A stretch of 63,827 bases of DNA, counting the filler, from Chiloscyllium plagiosum (lineage: Eukaryota), in the NCBI RefSeq assembly GCF_004010195.1. It is 3 parts of one record of this genome, joined end to end, with 100 filler letters (N's around TTAATTAATTAA, not from the genome) between each part and the next. Parts side by side here need not be neighbours in the genome. Positions count along the whole stretch, not along the records: positions 46,933 to 63,827 come from NC_057717.1; 2 more parts are not named here. The stretch is one strand, 5' to 3'. Every line of letters starts with the position of its first letter. Position 1 is the stretch's first letter. Position numbers and translations under genes: made by a program. Shown here one piece after another: positions 49,056 through 62,479 of this stretch. The notes beneath the pieces are model-generated. The model did not search any database and had not been told where the DNA came from. It saw nothing but the letters and a program-made list of their open reading frames with translations.

Positions 49056-50304
49056 GCACTGGGATGAGCTTCATCATTCACAGTGAATAGGGCAGCATTA
49101 TTTGCCAATTACCTGAAAGTAGTTACAAAAACTTGTGACAATGTTAATAATTTGTCGCTCTGTAAATTAAATATCCTGCTCCTGGTTGAAATCATTGCTT
49201 AACCTTCTCAGCTCCAAGGAGAATTATCTGACCTTCTGCTACCCCTCCATAAAAGAGAACACTATCTTAATTTTAAGTTATTTATGTCACAGAGAAGTAC
49301 AGCACAGAAACAGACACCAAGGTCCAACTTGTCCATGCCGACCAGATATCAGAAATTAATCTTATCGCATTTGCCAGTACTTGGTCCATATCCTTCGAAA
49401 CCGTTCTTAATCATGTACCCAAATATGCTTTTTAAATGTTGTAATTGTAGCAGCCTCCACACTTTTTCTGCCAGCTCATTCCATACACGTACCACGTTCA
49501 GTTTGAAAACATTGCCCCTTTGATCCCTTTTAAATAATTTCCCTATCGACTTGCACACGTCTAACCAGGGAAAAACACCCTGGATGTTCAGGCTATCCCT
49601 GTCCCTCGCGATTTCGTCAACCTCTAATGTCATCTCTCAGCATCCGATTCTCCAGAGAAAACAGCCCCAGCCTATTCAGCCTCTCCCTATAGTTTAAACC
49701 CTCAAACGTGGCAACATCTTTACACATCTTTTCTGAACCCTTTCAAGTTTCACAATATCATTCCGTTAGCAGGGAGTACAGGACTAAAAGTACAATTCCA
49801 GAAGTGCCTGAATCAATATCCTGTAGAGCCGCAAAATGACGTCACAACTCCTATACTCAATGCACTGACCAATATAGGCAAGCACATCGAACACCTTCTT
49901 CACTACCCTGCCTATTCATGATTCCACTTTCAAGGAAGTATGAACCTGCACTCCAAGGTGTCTTTGTTGAGTTACAATCCCCAGGATCTTCCCATTAATT
50001 GTATAAGTCCCGCCCTGATGTGCTTTTCCAAAATGCAGAACGTCACATTTATCGAAATTAAACTCCATCTGCTGCCACTAAGCCAATTGATCGAAGTCCC
50101 ATTGTACTCTGAGGTAACTTTGTTGTCCATTACAACTCCAATTTTGATGTTTACTGTAAACCTACAAACCATACCTCCTATATTCACAAAGAAATAATTG
50201 ATATAAGGGACAAAAAGTAGTGGACCCAGCACCGACCCTGACAGCATATTGCTCACCACAGGCCTCCAGTTTAAAAAGCAACTCTCCAACACTATTCTGA
50301 CTGC

Positions 50305-51416
50305 TTAACAAGGTTAGAGCTCATGGAATACAGGGAGAACTAACCATTTGGACAGAGAACTGGCTCAAAGAAGGTGGTGGTGGAGGCCTGTTTTTCAATC
50401 TGGAGGCCTATGACCAGTGGAATGACACAAGGATCGGTGCTGGTCCCACTGATTTTCGTCATTTATATAACTGATTTGGATTTGAGCAGAAGAGGTATCG
50501 TTATTAAGCTTGTGGATGAAAGAAAAATTGGAGGTGTAGTGAACAGCGAAGAAGTTTACCTCAGATTAAAACGGGATCTTGATCAGATGGACCAATGGGC
50601 CGAGAAGTGGCAGGTGGAGTTTAATTCAGATAAATGCGAGGTGTTGCATTTTGGGAAAGCAAATCTTAGCAGGACTTATGCACTTAATGGTAAGGTCCTG
50701 AGGAGCGTTGCTGAACAAAAAGACCTTGGAGTGCAGGTTCATAGCTCCTTCAAAATGGAGTCATAGGAAGATAAGATAGTGAAGAAGGCATTAAATATGC
50801 TTTCCTTTATTGGTCAGGGTATTGAGTACAGGAGTCGGGAGGTCATGTTGCGGCTGTACAGGACATTGGATCGGCCCCTATTGGAATATTGTGTGCAAAC
50901 CTTCCAATCGGAAAGATGTTGTGAAACTTGTAAGGGTTCAGTAAAGATTTACAAGGAGGTTGACCAGGTTGGAGGGTTTGAGCGAAAGGGAGAGTTTGAA
51001 CAGGCTGGGGCTGTTTGCCTGGAGCGTCGGAACTGAGTGGTGTCCTCACATAGATTTATATAATCATGAGCGGCTTGGATAGGATACATAGCCAAGGTCA
51101 TTTCTCTGGGGTGGGTGAGTCCAGAAGTGGAGGACATAGGTTTAGGATGAGAGGGGAAAGAAATAAAAGAGATCTGAGTGGCAACGTTTTCACGCAGAGG
51201 TTGGTATGTGTATGGAATGAGCTGCCAGAGAAAGTGGTGGAGGCTGGTACAATTGCAACATTTAAAGGCATTTTGATGGGTATAAGAATAGGAGGGCTTT
51301 GGAGGAATATGGGCCGGGTGCTGGTAGGTGGGACTCGGTTGGGTTGGGATATCTGGTCGGCATTGACGGGTTGGACCGAAGGGTCTGCTTCATGTTGTAC
51401 ATCTCGAGGACTATGA
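50305..51416 (+). mobile_element. CR1 (RT to 3' end), nested
   Basis: SGMTQGSVLVPLIFVIYI and WQVEFNSDKCEVLHFG. Confidence 0.9.
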
Positions 51417-52329
51417 CCTTCCAGCCAATTTTGTATCCAAATAGCTAGTTCTCTCTAAATTCTATGGTGTTGAATTTGCTAACCAGTCTGTTATGTGGAA
51501 CGTTGTGTCTTTCTGAAGTCCAAGTTAGTGATTTATGTACAAAAGCTATGCTGATTCTCCCTAATCATTTCTTGCCTTTCCAATTCCATGTAAATTCTGT
51601 CCCTTAGAATCTCTTCCAACAACTTGCCTGCAACTGACTTCAGGCTCACCGGTCTGTAGTTCCCCGGCTTTTCCTTACCACCTTTCTCTAATAACGATAC
51701 CTATCTTCCAGCACCTCACCTGTGGTTTCGATTATAGAAATATCTCAGTGAGGGGCCCAACTTCCCTCGGTTCCCACAAAGATCTGGAATACACCTGATC
51801 AGGTCCCAGGGATGTATCCACCTTTATGCATGTTAAGATATCCTGTATTACCTCCTCTGTAATATGGACACTAGTCAAGTTATCACTATTTATTTCTCCA
51901 AACTCGCTAGCTTCCATAACCTTCTCTTTACAGTGAAAATTACATGAAATACTCATATAGAATCTGTTCCAACTCCTGCGGTGCCACAGACAGCGTTGTT
52001 GATATTAGAGGCTCTATTCTCTGCTTGGTTACTCTTTTGTCCTTAGTTTATTTGTAGAATCTCTTTGGATTCTCTTTAAACCTATTTCCCAAAGCTATCT
52101 CGCGTCCCCTTTCTGCTCTGCTGATTTCCCTCGCGTGTACTTCTAATGCCCTTATACTCCTCCAGGGATTCATTCAAACTCAGCTGTCTGTATCTGTTAT
52201 ATCCACCTTCATTTTCTTGACCAGAACCTCAATTTCTCTCGACAGGCAGCATTCTTTACAGCTAAAAGCCTTGCCCTCAACAGGAACATACTGTCTCTGT
52301 ACTCTCATTGTCACGGGCATATGGTGGCA

Positions 52330-53860
52330 ATGACAGATGTGTACAAGGAAGCAATCATTCTTAGCAAAGAGGTAGTGTTAGGAAAGCGAATAGCCTCAAG
52401 ATAGATGGGTCTCCTGGCCGTGATGGAGGAAAAGAGATTGCGGGCGGGGGTTGGGGGGGCGGGATTGAAAACATGCTCGTGATTATTCGTTAGAATTTGC
52501 TGGACTCTGGGACGGTCCAACAGATTGGAAAGCTGCAAGTGTGTGCTACCATCTTTCAAAAGGACCCGCTAGCTTAATGTCTGCATTGGGGAAAATGCTT
52601 GAATCTCTCAAGGAAGTAATGGAGAGAGATCTGGGTAGAAACTGTCCCATTGAGCAGATGTAGCATGGATTCATGAAAGGCTGGTCATGTTTAACGTATT
52701 TACTGGGATTATTTGAAGACATTACGAGTGTGTTGGACAAGGGGGAAACGGTGGATGTGGCGTATCTGGATTCCCAGCAGTCATTCGATAAGTTGCCACC
52801 CACATGGCTGCTGTGTAAAGTAAAGATGCACGGCATTATGGGTAATGCATTAGCATGGATTGAGGATTGGTTAACGAACAAAAAGTAAAGAATGGGGATA
52901 CAATAAATGGGTGCTTGAATTAGTGTTGGGATTATATGTTTTGGAGGTGAGAACAAAACGTACGATATCAGAGTTCATATTTGACACGAAGGTGAGGTAC
53001 AGCAATATGTGCAGAGGTCACTGTAAGTCTGCACAGCGATACAGATAGGTTAAGTGAGTGGGCGAGGGTCTGGCAGATGGAGTACAATGTTGGGAAATGT
53101 GAGGTCATCCATTTTTGTTGGACTAACAGCAAACTGGATGATGAAATGATGAAAACCTGCCGCATGCTACTGTGCAGAGGAGCTGGTTGTCCTTGTGCAT
53201 GAATCACAGGAAGTTGGTTTGCAGGTGCAGCAGGTAATTAATGCAGTGAAGGGAATATTATTCTTCACTGCTCGAGGGATGGTTATGCTGCAGCTGTACA
53301 GGGTGTTGGGGAGGCCGCTCCTGCAGTACCCTGTACAATTTTTGTCTTCAGGAAGGACGGACTGGCACTGGAGGGAGTGCAGAGGAGGTTCACTAGTTTG
53401 CGTCTGGAGTTTGAGAGGGTGGGCGCCTGTGAAGAGATCGATAAAACTAGTAGTATACGCGTTGGAATTTAGAAAAATGGGATGATGGATAGGAAAATAT
53501 TAAAATTATGAAGGGAATGGATAAGATATAAGCAGGGAGTTTATTTTCATTGGGGGTCGGTGAAAGAGCTCCGCGTCAAAATAAGAGGGAGCAGATTTAG
53601 GACTGCATTCAGGAGGAGCGTCTTCAGCTAAAATGTTGTGAATCTGTGGAATTCCTTGCTGGGTGAAGCAGTTGAGGCTGTTGTCTTGAATGTCTTTAAG
53701 GCAAAAGGTAGGTTTGTGAACAGGAAAGGAATTAAGGTCTGGTAAGAGAGGAGGACAGTGGAGCTGAGGCCATGAAACGATCAGCCTTGATCTTATTAAA
53801 TGGCAGAGCAGGCTTGAGGGGACAAATGGCCTAGTTCTGCTCCTCTTCCTTATGTTCTCA
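52330..53860 (+). mobile_element. CR1 (different subfamily), nested
   Basis: KGWSCLTYLLGLFEDIT..VAYLDSQQSFDK. 3' UTR ggcctagttctgctcctcttccttatgttct. Confidence 0.85.
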
Positions 53861-54019
53861 CTTTCCAGCCGTCCCTTTACGTGGGGATAGCAAACAAATA
53901 TTGAAAGTGCTTGCTTTGTACCATCAAAATTGGCCTTTATCCAATTTAAAACCTTAACTTTTAGATCTGATCTATTATTTTCTGTAAATATTTTAAGACT
54001 AGAAGAAATGTCAGATAAT

Positions 54020-54290
54020 CCTGAGTGTGGAAATAGGCCATTCGGGCCATCACATCTACACTGACCCTGAGAGCCTCCTACCTTATCCCTGTAACGCTGC
54101 AATTCCCATGACAAATCTATCTAACCTGCAAAATCCTGAACACTATGGGCAATTCAGCCTGGATAATCCACCCAACCTGCACAATCCAGAACACAATGGG
54201 CAATTCAGCCTGGACAATTCACCTAACCTTCACATCTTTGGACAGTGGGAGCAAACCCGAGCACTCAGACGAAAACCACGCACACAACTC
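54020..54290 (-). mobile_element. 5'-truncated HE1-like SINE with internal duplication
   Basis: ggaaataggccattcgggcc tail. gggcaattcagcctgga block repeated at ~54147 and ~54198. Confidence 0.8.
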
Positions 54291-55894
54291 CAATCAGGTG
54301 ATCATCCCTTTCTTATTTCCCAATTCCACCCAAGTAACTTCACTGAACGTACTCCCATGAGTATCCTTCCTGAGCTCAACTGTAATGGTATCCCTCATCA
54401 AAAATGCCACTCTCCCTCCTCTCTTATCCCAATTTTTATCCTTTTCCTTGTATCTATACCCTGGAACATAAAACTGCCAGTCCTGTCCATCCCTGAGAAA
54501 AGTTTCTGTAATACCCATGATATACAATTTCAAGGTTCAAAACCATATCCTGAGCTCATCTGCATTCCCTATCAGGCCTCTTACATTGAAATAAATGCAA
54601 TGCCACTGCTTAATCCTACCTCGTTCTGTGCCTTGCCCTTGCCTGACTTGACTGTCGAATTTCTCAACTGTACCAGCCTCAGATATACCTCTTTTCTCAT
54701 TACCTCTTTGCATTTACACCCACTCCCTCACTGGTTTAATGCCTCCTGAATAGCACTAGCAAATCTCCCTAACTGGATATTAGGTTCATTCCAATTCACG
54801 TATAATCCATCCTTCGTGTGCAGATCAAATAGTCCAGAGGAGATTATCATTATCAAACAATGTGAATCCTTCTCCCCTACACCAGATCGTTAGCCACTCA
54901 TTCATCGGCTCCATCAGGCTATTCCTACTCTCACTAGCATGCAGCACCGAGAATAATCCAGATATTATGACAAACGAGGACCTACTTTGCTTCTTCCAGG
55001 GCTAATTTGCTATATTCTCTCGTCAGGATTTATCCTTTTCTCCTCTGACGTCATTGGTACCAATGTACAGCCAACACCCAATGGTCATTTTCCGCTTTGA
55101 GTATATTCTGCACCCTCTGGAACGCATCCTTGATCCTGGCACCAGGGAGGGACCACTCCATTCTAATGTCTCACTGTCAGCTACAGAAAGGGCAGTCTGT
55201 GTCCGTGATTAGAGAATGCCCTGTCACCATCGATCGCTTGGAACCTGAGGTACCTCTCATTATGTTAGAGCCAGTCTCATTACCAGTAACTTGGCTGTCA
55301 GTGCTTCAGTCCCCGGAGTATCTGTTAACATCTACATTTTCCGAAACAGTATATTTGTTTGACATGGGGATAGCTACAGGAGACTCCTGCACTACCTACC
55401 TCCCTATCCTACCTTTCCGGGAGGTAACCCATCTACATGACTGTATCTGCAGCTTTCCTAGCTGAAACTGACAGCTATCACACTCCCTGGCTCCTGTAAT
55501 TTCTTAATTACCATTTACAAAAGCTCCATCTGATCCATGCGATTCAACAGGATTTGCATCCTCACTTCCTGCACACAATCATCAGGATCATTGAAACTCT
55601 CCCTAATCTCGGACATCCAACAGGAACAGCTCATCCCAGTACGAATGGCCATCTCTGCACTTTAACGTTCCACAGACCCAGAATAATGCAGAATCTTACT
55701 ACTTTACAAAACACTACTCGAGAATAAATTAGCACCAATACTTTGTATTTAAAATTTTAATCAAAATATCATAAGATAGGTATTTAAAATAATAATCTCT
55801 CACCCTACTCAATGGTGTAGATTTAATGAAGTAAAACACACTAAAATTTACCTATTAAGAGACTGAAACACATTGAGTTGATCCCCGCTGTGAG

Positions 55895-58130
55895 TCACAG
55901 AGATGAATAGCACGGAAACAAACCCTTCGGTCAAACTCGTCCATGCCGACCAGATGACCTAACCTCATCTAGTCCTATTTGCCAGAAATTGGCACATATC
56001 CCTCTAAACGCTTCCTACTTACATACCCACCCAGATGCCTAATAAATGTTGCAATTGTACTAGGTTCCACAACTTCCTCTCGCAGCCAATTCCATATACG
56101 CACCACCTTCTGCATGAAGATGTTGCCCCTTCGATCCGTTTTAGATCTTTTCCTTCTCAACCTAAACCTATGCCCTCTTGATCTGGACTCCCCCACCACA
56201 GAGAAAATGCCATGTCTATCTATCCTGTTCATGTGCCTCATGATTTTATAAACCTATATAAGGTCATCCTTAAGTCTCTGACGTTCCAGGAAAAAAAAAA
56301 CTGCCCCAGCATATTCAGCCTTTCTCTACAGCTCAAAGCCTCCAGCCCTGACAACATCTTGGTAAATCTTTTCTGAACCCTGTCAAGTTACACAACATCT
56401 TTTTGATAGTTGCAGAACAGAATTGCTCACAATATTGCAAAAGTAGATTAACCAATGTCCTGACCAACCACAACATGACCTCCCAACTCCTGTACTCAAT
56501 ACACTGAACAATAAAGGAAAGCATTCCAAACAGCTTCTTCGCTATCATATCTAAACACGACTCTACTTTCAAGGAACTATGAAGCTGTACTCCAAGTTCT
56601 CTTTGCTCAGCAACACTCCCTACTTACACTTACCATTAAGTGTAAAACTCTTGCTAATATTTGCTTTTTCAAAATGTAGCACCTCACGTTTATCTAAATT
56701 AAACTTCATCTGCCACTCCTCGGCCTATTGACCCATCTGATCAAGACCCAGTTGTAAACAAAGGTAACCTTCTTTATTGTCCAGTGCACCTGCAATTATG
56801 GTGCCATCTGCAAACTTGCTAACTATATCTCCTATATTAACCGTCCAAATCATTTATATAAATGACGAAAAGTAGTGGACCCTGCACCAACTCTTGTGGC
56901 ACACACGGTTACAGGCTTCCAGTCTGAAAAACAACTTTCCACCACCACCCTTTGTCTTCTACCTTTGAGCCAGTTCAATATCCAAATGGCCAGTTCACCG
57001 TGTATTCCTTAAGATCTAACCTTCCTAAACAGTCTCCCATGGGGAACCTTGTCGAAGTCCTTATTGAAGTCCATATAGATCACATCCATCGTACGGGTCC
57101 ATCAATCCTCTTTGTTACTCTTCAGTAAACACAACCAGGTTTGTGAGATGCGATTTCCCATGTTGAATATCCCTAATCAGTCCTTGCCTTTCCAAATACA
57201 TGTGCATCCTATCTCTCAGGATTCCCTCCACCAAAGTGCGCAGCACTGATGTCAGGGTCACCGGTCTATGGTTCCCTGGCATGTCCTACCTGCTTTCCTT
57301 AAATAATAGCACCACATTAACCAACCTGCAGCCTTCTGGCACCTCACTAATTTCTCAGCAACAGGCCCAGCAATTACTTGAATAGCTTCCCACAAAGTTT
57401 TCAGGGTACACCTGATCATGTCCTGGGAATTTATCCACCTTTATGCATTTCAAGCCATCCAGCATTTCCTCCTCTGTAATATGGACATTTCTCAAGACGT
57501 CACCATCTATTTCTCCGGATTCTACATCTTCCATGTCCTTCTCCACGAAACAACTGATGCAAAATACTCGTTTAATATCTCCCCCATCGCTTGCAGCTCT
57601 ACACATGGGCTGCCTTGTTGATCTTAGAAGGGCCATATGCTCTCCTTAGTTAGCTTTTTTGTTTTAACATATTTATAAAAACACTTCAGCTTATCCTTAA
57701 CCCTGCAAGGTTTGTTATTTGACTGGGACAACACATCTACCCTGGGACAGGCTATGCAAAGACATGCCAGAGAATTCCTAGAGGCCTGGCACTCTAACCA
57801 CAACGCCATAAACAAACACATAGATCTAGATACCATCTATCAACCCCTCAGAAAACGAACAGGAAATGACATCACCACAAACCCCAGGAACCACATCCAG
57901 GACAAGCATATAAATAGAAAGCAGGAGACAACAGCTTCGCTTCACTTGGAGGTCGCCACTTATGGTGTTACCTAGCCAGGTAATGAAACGTCTGGATATC
58001 AAACCTACAGCTCAGCAAGTAAACTTACACACTAATCCTTAACCCTATTCGCCAAAGCTATCTCGTGCCCCCTTTTTGCCCTCCTTATTTCCCTGTTAAG
58101 TGCACTCCTGTTGACTTTATATTCTAAGGA
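55895..58130 (-). mobile_element. CR1 (RT to 3' end)
   Basis: CIKVDKFPGHDQVYP, RT motifs and 3' UTR ending near 55895. Confidence 0.9.
57705..58034 (+). mobile_element. PLE 3' end inserted in CR1 with 12-bp TSD
   Basis: FDWDNTSTLGQAMQRHAREFLEAWHS..INKHIDLDTIYQPL. TSD atccttaaccct at 57693-57704 and 58035-58046. Degenerate hammerhead cca-CTTATGG-tgttacct(agcc)aggtaat-GAAACGTC-tgg at 57956-57995. Confidence 0.9.
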
Positions 58131-58149
58131 TTTTTCAGACTTTTGAATT

Positions 58150-58880
58150 GGAATAATTCAATAGATTACATCTTGATAAAACAAACTAAGGCAGGACTTA
58201 CACTAATTTAAAGTAGGCCTTGAGTAGTGATATAAAACAAAAAAAAAAAACCTAAGGTTCAGGTCTTTGAAATTTGCGTCACATGTAGACAGGATGGTAA
58301 AAAAAGTGTTTCGTACATTTACCTTCATTGCTAACACGTTTCAGTATCGTAGTTGAGACGTTATGTTGAGGTTGTACAGGATGTTGGGGAGGCCTCTTCT
58401 GGAATTCTGTGTCCAGTTCTGGTTGTGCTGTTATAGGAAGGACATTATTAAATTGGAGGCAGTTAAGAAGAGATTTCCCAGGATGGTGATGGGAACGGAG
58501 GGATTTTGTTATCTGGAGAGGTTGGATCGATTGAGATCTCTTTCACGAGAAGATAGGAGGCTGAGGGGTGATCTTATTACAGGTTTATAAAATCGTGAAC
58601 AGTGTAGATAAGGTGAGTGGCTGGAGGAGAGGCGAATTCCAGCCTCGGGTGCATTCATTTTGAGAAGAGATGAGAAAGGTTTGAAAAAGACAATAGGGTT
58701 TTTTTTTATTATTACACGCGTGGAATGAACTTCCAGAGGAAGTGGTAAGTGTAACTACAATTATAATTGTTATAATTATATAAGCGGAGGCAGGTGGGAT
58801 TAGTTTAATTTGGAATTCCGGTCGACATGGATTAGTTGGACCACAGGGTCTGTTTCCATGCTGTATAATATTGTGACTTA
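58150..58880 (+). mobile_element. CR1 3' region
   Basis: LRLYRMLGRPLLEFCVQFW..RLRGDLI. Confidence 0.85.
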
Positions 58881-59739
58881 ATTCTCGCTCTCTCTGAATT
58901 CCTCCATCCTCACACATCTCCCGATCACTGTCACCTCATTCAGCTTCACAACTCTTTCCTATCTCTGTAATTCCTCTCCTACCACAGAACCCTCACTACC
59001 TCTGGTATTACAAAATCCTCAATCTCTAACATCCTCCAATCTCCTCCAGTCTCATCACCCTCCCTATCTCTAAGCTTGTCTACCCTCACAAATCTCTGTG
59101 ATATGTGCCTCTCTCTAATTACAGCTATGAGCATATCCAATTTTTATTACATATTCCTGCACCCTGAGCTCCATCATGTGCCATTTAAACTCACTTTCTC
59201 ATTTTCCTCCCAAAAACACGAATCAATCATGTACCATCTATTCGAATATCTCACTCTCTGACCTGGTTTCTAATGTGGCTTGTCATATTCCGATAAGAAG
59301 TGTCTCGGAGGTCCACAGGACAGGAAAAGGCTCTGTGGTCCACCGGGTCTGTACTGTAAAGAAATCTTCCAACTAACTATTCTAATCCCATTTTCCAGCA
59401 CTTAGCCCATAGATCTGTCAACCTTGGCATTGCAATGTGTCTTTAAATACATCTTAAATGAAATTGAGATGTCTATATCTCCTACCTTTACAGACAGTGA
59501 GGTTTAGTACAACTATTGCTCTATGATGACATCACCCACAGGAATACAGAGCAGCTGGGTCAGTGCAAACAAGAGATCCCCCACAAATTGGCAGGGTCCT
59601 TGAGAGAGGGCACAAGAGATTTCCCAGGATGGTTCAAGGAATGGGGGATTTTAGTTGCAGAATTTGGATTTGTTTTACATTAGTTATTCATGTGACATTG
59701 GTATTGCTAATACACATCAAGAATAGCCATCTACAATCA

Positions 59740-59868
59740 TTGGACTCTCCTTCTCAACCTCTTCCCTTGCCTGGGCTGTGTTAATCTTCAGGTCAAACAA
59801 CCACCAGTCATCTCTCCCAAATAAGATAGCAGCCCCATGGTCTGGTAGGACAATACTGACTTTACCTG
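59740..59868 (+). mobile_element. 3' half of the second SINE family
   Basis: Similar to 27450-27532. Confidence 0.6.
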
Positions 59869-60869
59869 TTACACAGTGATGCCACTTTATTTCGTGGGTG
59901 GAGAGGGGGAATACTGAAGATGGTTGTGCTTTGTCCTGGACGATGTTCACTTTCTTTAATATTGTTGGGGCTGCACTGATGCAGGCAAATGGATAATGTT
60001 CAACACAATCCTGATGTTTACCTTATAGACAGCAAACAGACATTGGGGAATCAGGGGTTTGGAGAAACTAACACTGTAATCCTTGTAGTAAAGGAAACTG
60101 AGGGGAGCTGTAATGGGGAAGTGTACAAAAAAAGTAGGATGCTCAAATATACACTCAGCAGCTCATCATAAAAAGATTATAGAACACATTGTACAGGTGG
60201 GGGAGATCTTTTGAGAGAATTGAGTGATTCAAAGGAGAACTTTTCTGCTGCAAACGGGAATGACCTGGAACACAATACTCACATACAATGCAATATACAG
60301 GTCCTGATGAATTCAATAATTCTTTCAGAGTTTGGCGTTACAATTCCTGAGATTGCCATTTGAATGTCCAACTGTAATATCCTTTAATACAAGTTTATAA
60401 AATCCATCACTGTCAGTTCAGATTGGAAACTCACACCATCCCCACCCTCTGGCCCTGGATGACTGTACACATTACCCCTTGTGGAGGTCAGTCGTCAATC
60501 CAGGGGGAAATCTACGTGGGTTTCTATGAGTTCCCACCTTGTGCTATCATGTGATTGAATAGAGCAGATCTTTGATACATTGGACAGAATGTTCCAAGAG
60601 TCAGGGAGATATGGAGAGCAGGATTTGCTTCCTTTTGTTTCCTTATGTGCTGCCGCTGTGCCTCATCAATAAGACATTGAGTGGGAAAGGCTCATGCAGC
60701 TTGATGGGCAAGTTGTATCCATTCTGACCAATGGGTAGTAAGATCTCCCCAATCATTCCAAAGAGTATTCCTAAAAAAAGATAACCATTGTGCATGCTTC
60801 CCAATGCTTAGTGCTCCCAGTGAACATTTAGAAGAACGAGGAGTGTCTCCTCGAAAAGGCATAACTGGA

Positions 60870-61476
60870 AAGTTTCAAGAAACTGTTTACGGAGAGATAT
60901 TCATAGGAAAAGTGGGCAACAAGTTGCCAGATGAAGTAGAACTTGGGAAAACGTGGAAGCTGTTCATTTTGGAGGAGGTAATAAAATAACAGAGTTACTA
61001 TTTAAATGGTGGAAACTGTAGAAAGCTGCACTACAAAGGGACCAGGAGTAATTGTGCAGGAAACACAGCAAGCTAGCATATAGTTACAACAGGGAATCAG
61101 GAATGTTGTTCCTGATTTCAAGGAGTTTGAAATATTTGAGTTTGGAGGATCTACCTTAGGGCAACTGTTCAAAGTGTGATTGAGACCGCATCTGGAGTAA
61201 TGTGAGCAGATTTGCTCCCTTTATTTAAGGAAATGCGTCAGTATATTGGAGGCATTTCAGAGAAGATACAATCGGATGATCCCTGGTTCGCATGGATTAT
61301 CCTTTAAGCAAAGGCTGAATGGCTTGGAACTCTACTCACTGGATATTGGAGAATGAGATCTGATCTCTTTGAAACATGCAGGTTTGACAGGGTAAATACT
61401 GAGAGGACATGACCCATCATGGGAGTCTGGATCCAGATTCTGGGTCAGTCATGGAATCAAGGGTACTATTTGGATT
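60870..61476 (+). mobile_element. Old CR1 fragment
   Basis: gagaccgcatctggagtaatgtgagcag (RPHLE*CEQ). Confidence 0.7.
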
Positions 61477-61593
61477 CAACTAGGAGAAAGTAATTGTCAC
61501 GCCTGAAGAATGGCTTATGCCCGAAACGTCGATTTTCCTGCTCCTTGGATGCTGCCTGACCTGCTGCGCTTTTCCAGCAGCACATTTTTCAGT
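61477..61593 (+). mobile_element. 117-bp hammerhead-bearing PLE micro-insertion with 13-bp TSD
   Basis: TSD tactatttggatt at 61464-61476 and 61594-61606. CTGAAGA-atggc(ttat)gccc-GAAACGTC at 61503-61530. Confidence 0.8.
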
Positions 61594-61619
61594 TACTATT
61601 TGGATTTGTCATGTTGAAG

Positions 61620-62150
61620 GCAACACCAACACGGGTAAGGGGTTTCAGTAACAATTGGGCTCGGGTGAGGTGGAGACAAGCAACATTTAGAGATTGGAAT
61701 TCCCGGTGTTTGTGATGGTGTGGATGTCTGATCAGAAGATCACCTTGGGGTCAGATATAACAGCAATATTGTGAAGAGTGTAGTCCTGCCTCAGAAAGTT
61801 CCCAGTGAGAGGGAGTGGCTCAGCAGTAAAGGAGAGCAATTTGTAATAGCAACTGAAGGCAATGGGTTTACCTATTACAATGTTTCATTGGAGGAAATTG
61901 TAGCGAATCAAGTTGTGGGAGTATGGTAAGTAGTTTGATAACTGAGCATCAGTGGAGCAATGGAGAGGGATGATGGGGAGGAAGAGCTGGGCATTGTCAG
62001 TGTACATGTGAAACCTAACATGGTGCTTTTGGACGATGTCACGTCCTGGCAGCATGTAGGTGAGAAACAGGAGGGCCAAGGAAAGATCCTGGAGGGACAC
62101 TAAATACAAGGAATTCAGAAAGGAAAGGGAGAGTGGAGATGGAGCAGGAT
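61620..62150 (-). mobile_element. L2-clade LINE RT fragment
   Basis: LQDLSLALLFLTYMLPGRDIVQKHHVRFHMYTDNAQLFL resembles L2 PQGS.LGP.LF.IYM.PLG....FH.YADDTQL. Confidence 0.75.
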
Positions 62151-62153
62151 TCT

Positions 62154-62315
62154 TCAACGACAGTGAGGTCAAATATTAGATTTTAGCAGAATGGGTGAGA
62201 AGGACATAACCAGAAAAAAATCAGACAGACAGACTTCAACGACAGTGAGGTCAAATATTAGATTTTAGCAGAATGGGTGAGAAGGACATAACCAGAAAAA
62301 AAATCAGACAGACAG
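62154..62315. repeat. ~81-bp tandem duplication
   Basis: ttcaacgacagtgaggtc..tcagacagacaga x2, differing only in poly-A length. Confidence 0.9.
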
Positions 62316-62479
62316 AACAAGGAATAATATCTGTGATAGGCGAGGGGGATTGATGAGGAGGACACAGAGTTGTAATGTCTATAGTTTCGCTAGATTAGGA
62401 TAAGGTGGCAAGATGAGCTCTAATAAAGCTTGACACTGAACTGAAGAAAGATGTTAGATTCGGGCTAAACCCAGGAGCA

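Larger units (their letters stand above)
49290..55700 (-). mobile_element. Long CR1 (ORF1 to 3' UTR) split by two plus-strand CR1s and a SINE
   Basis: Collinear minus-strand pieces 55700-54290, 54020-53860, 52310-51417 and 50300-49290, containing IMGITETFLRDGQDWQFYVPGY (EN), VDTSLGPDQVY and SGSVLGPLLF. Confidence 0.8.

Noticed and set aside
54027..54749. 240-aa ORF
   Set aside because: Antisense read-through of a SINE and the CR1 endonuclease region.
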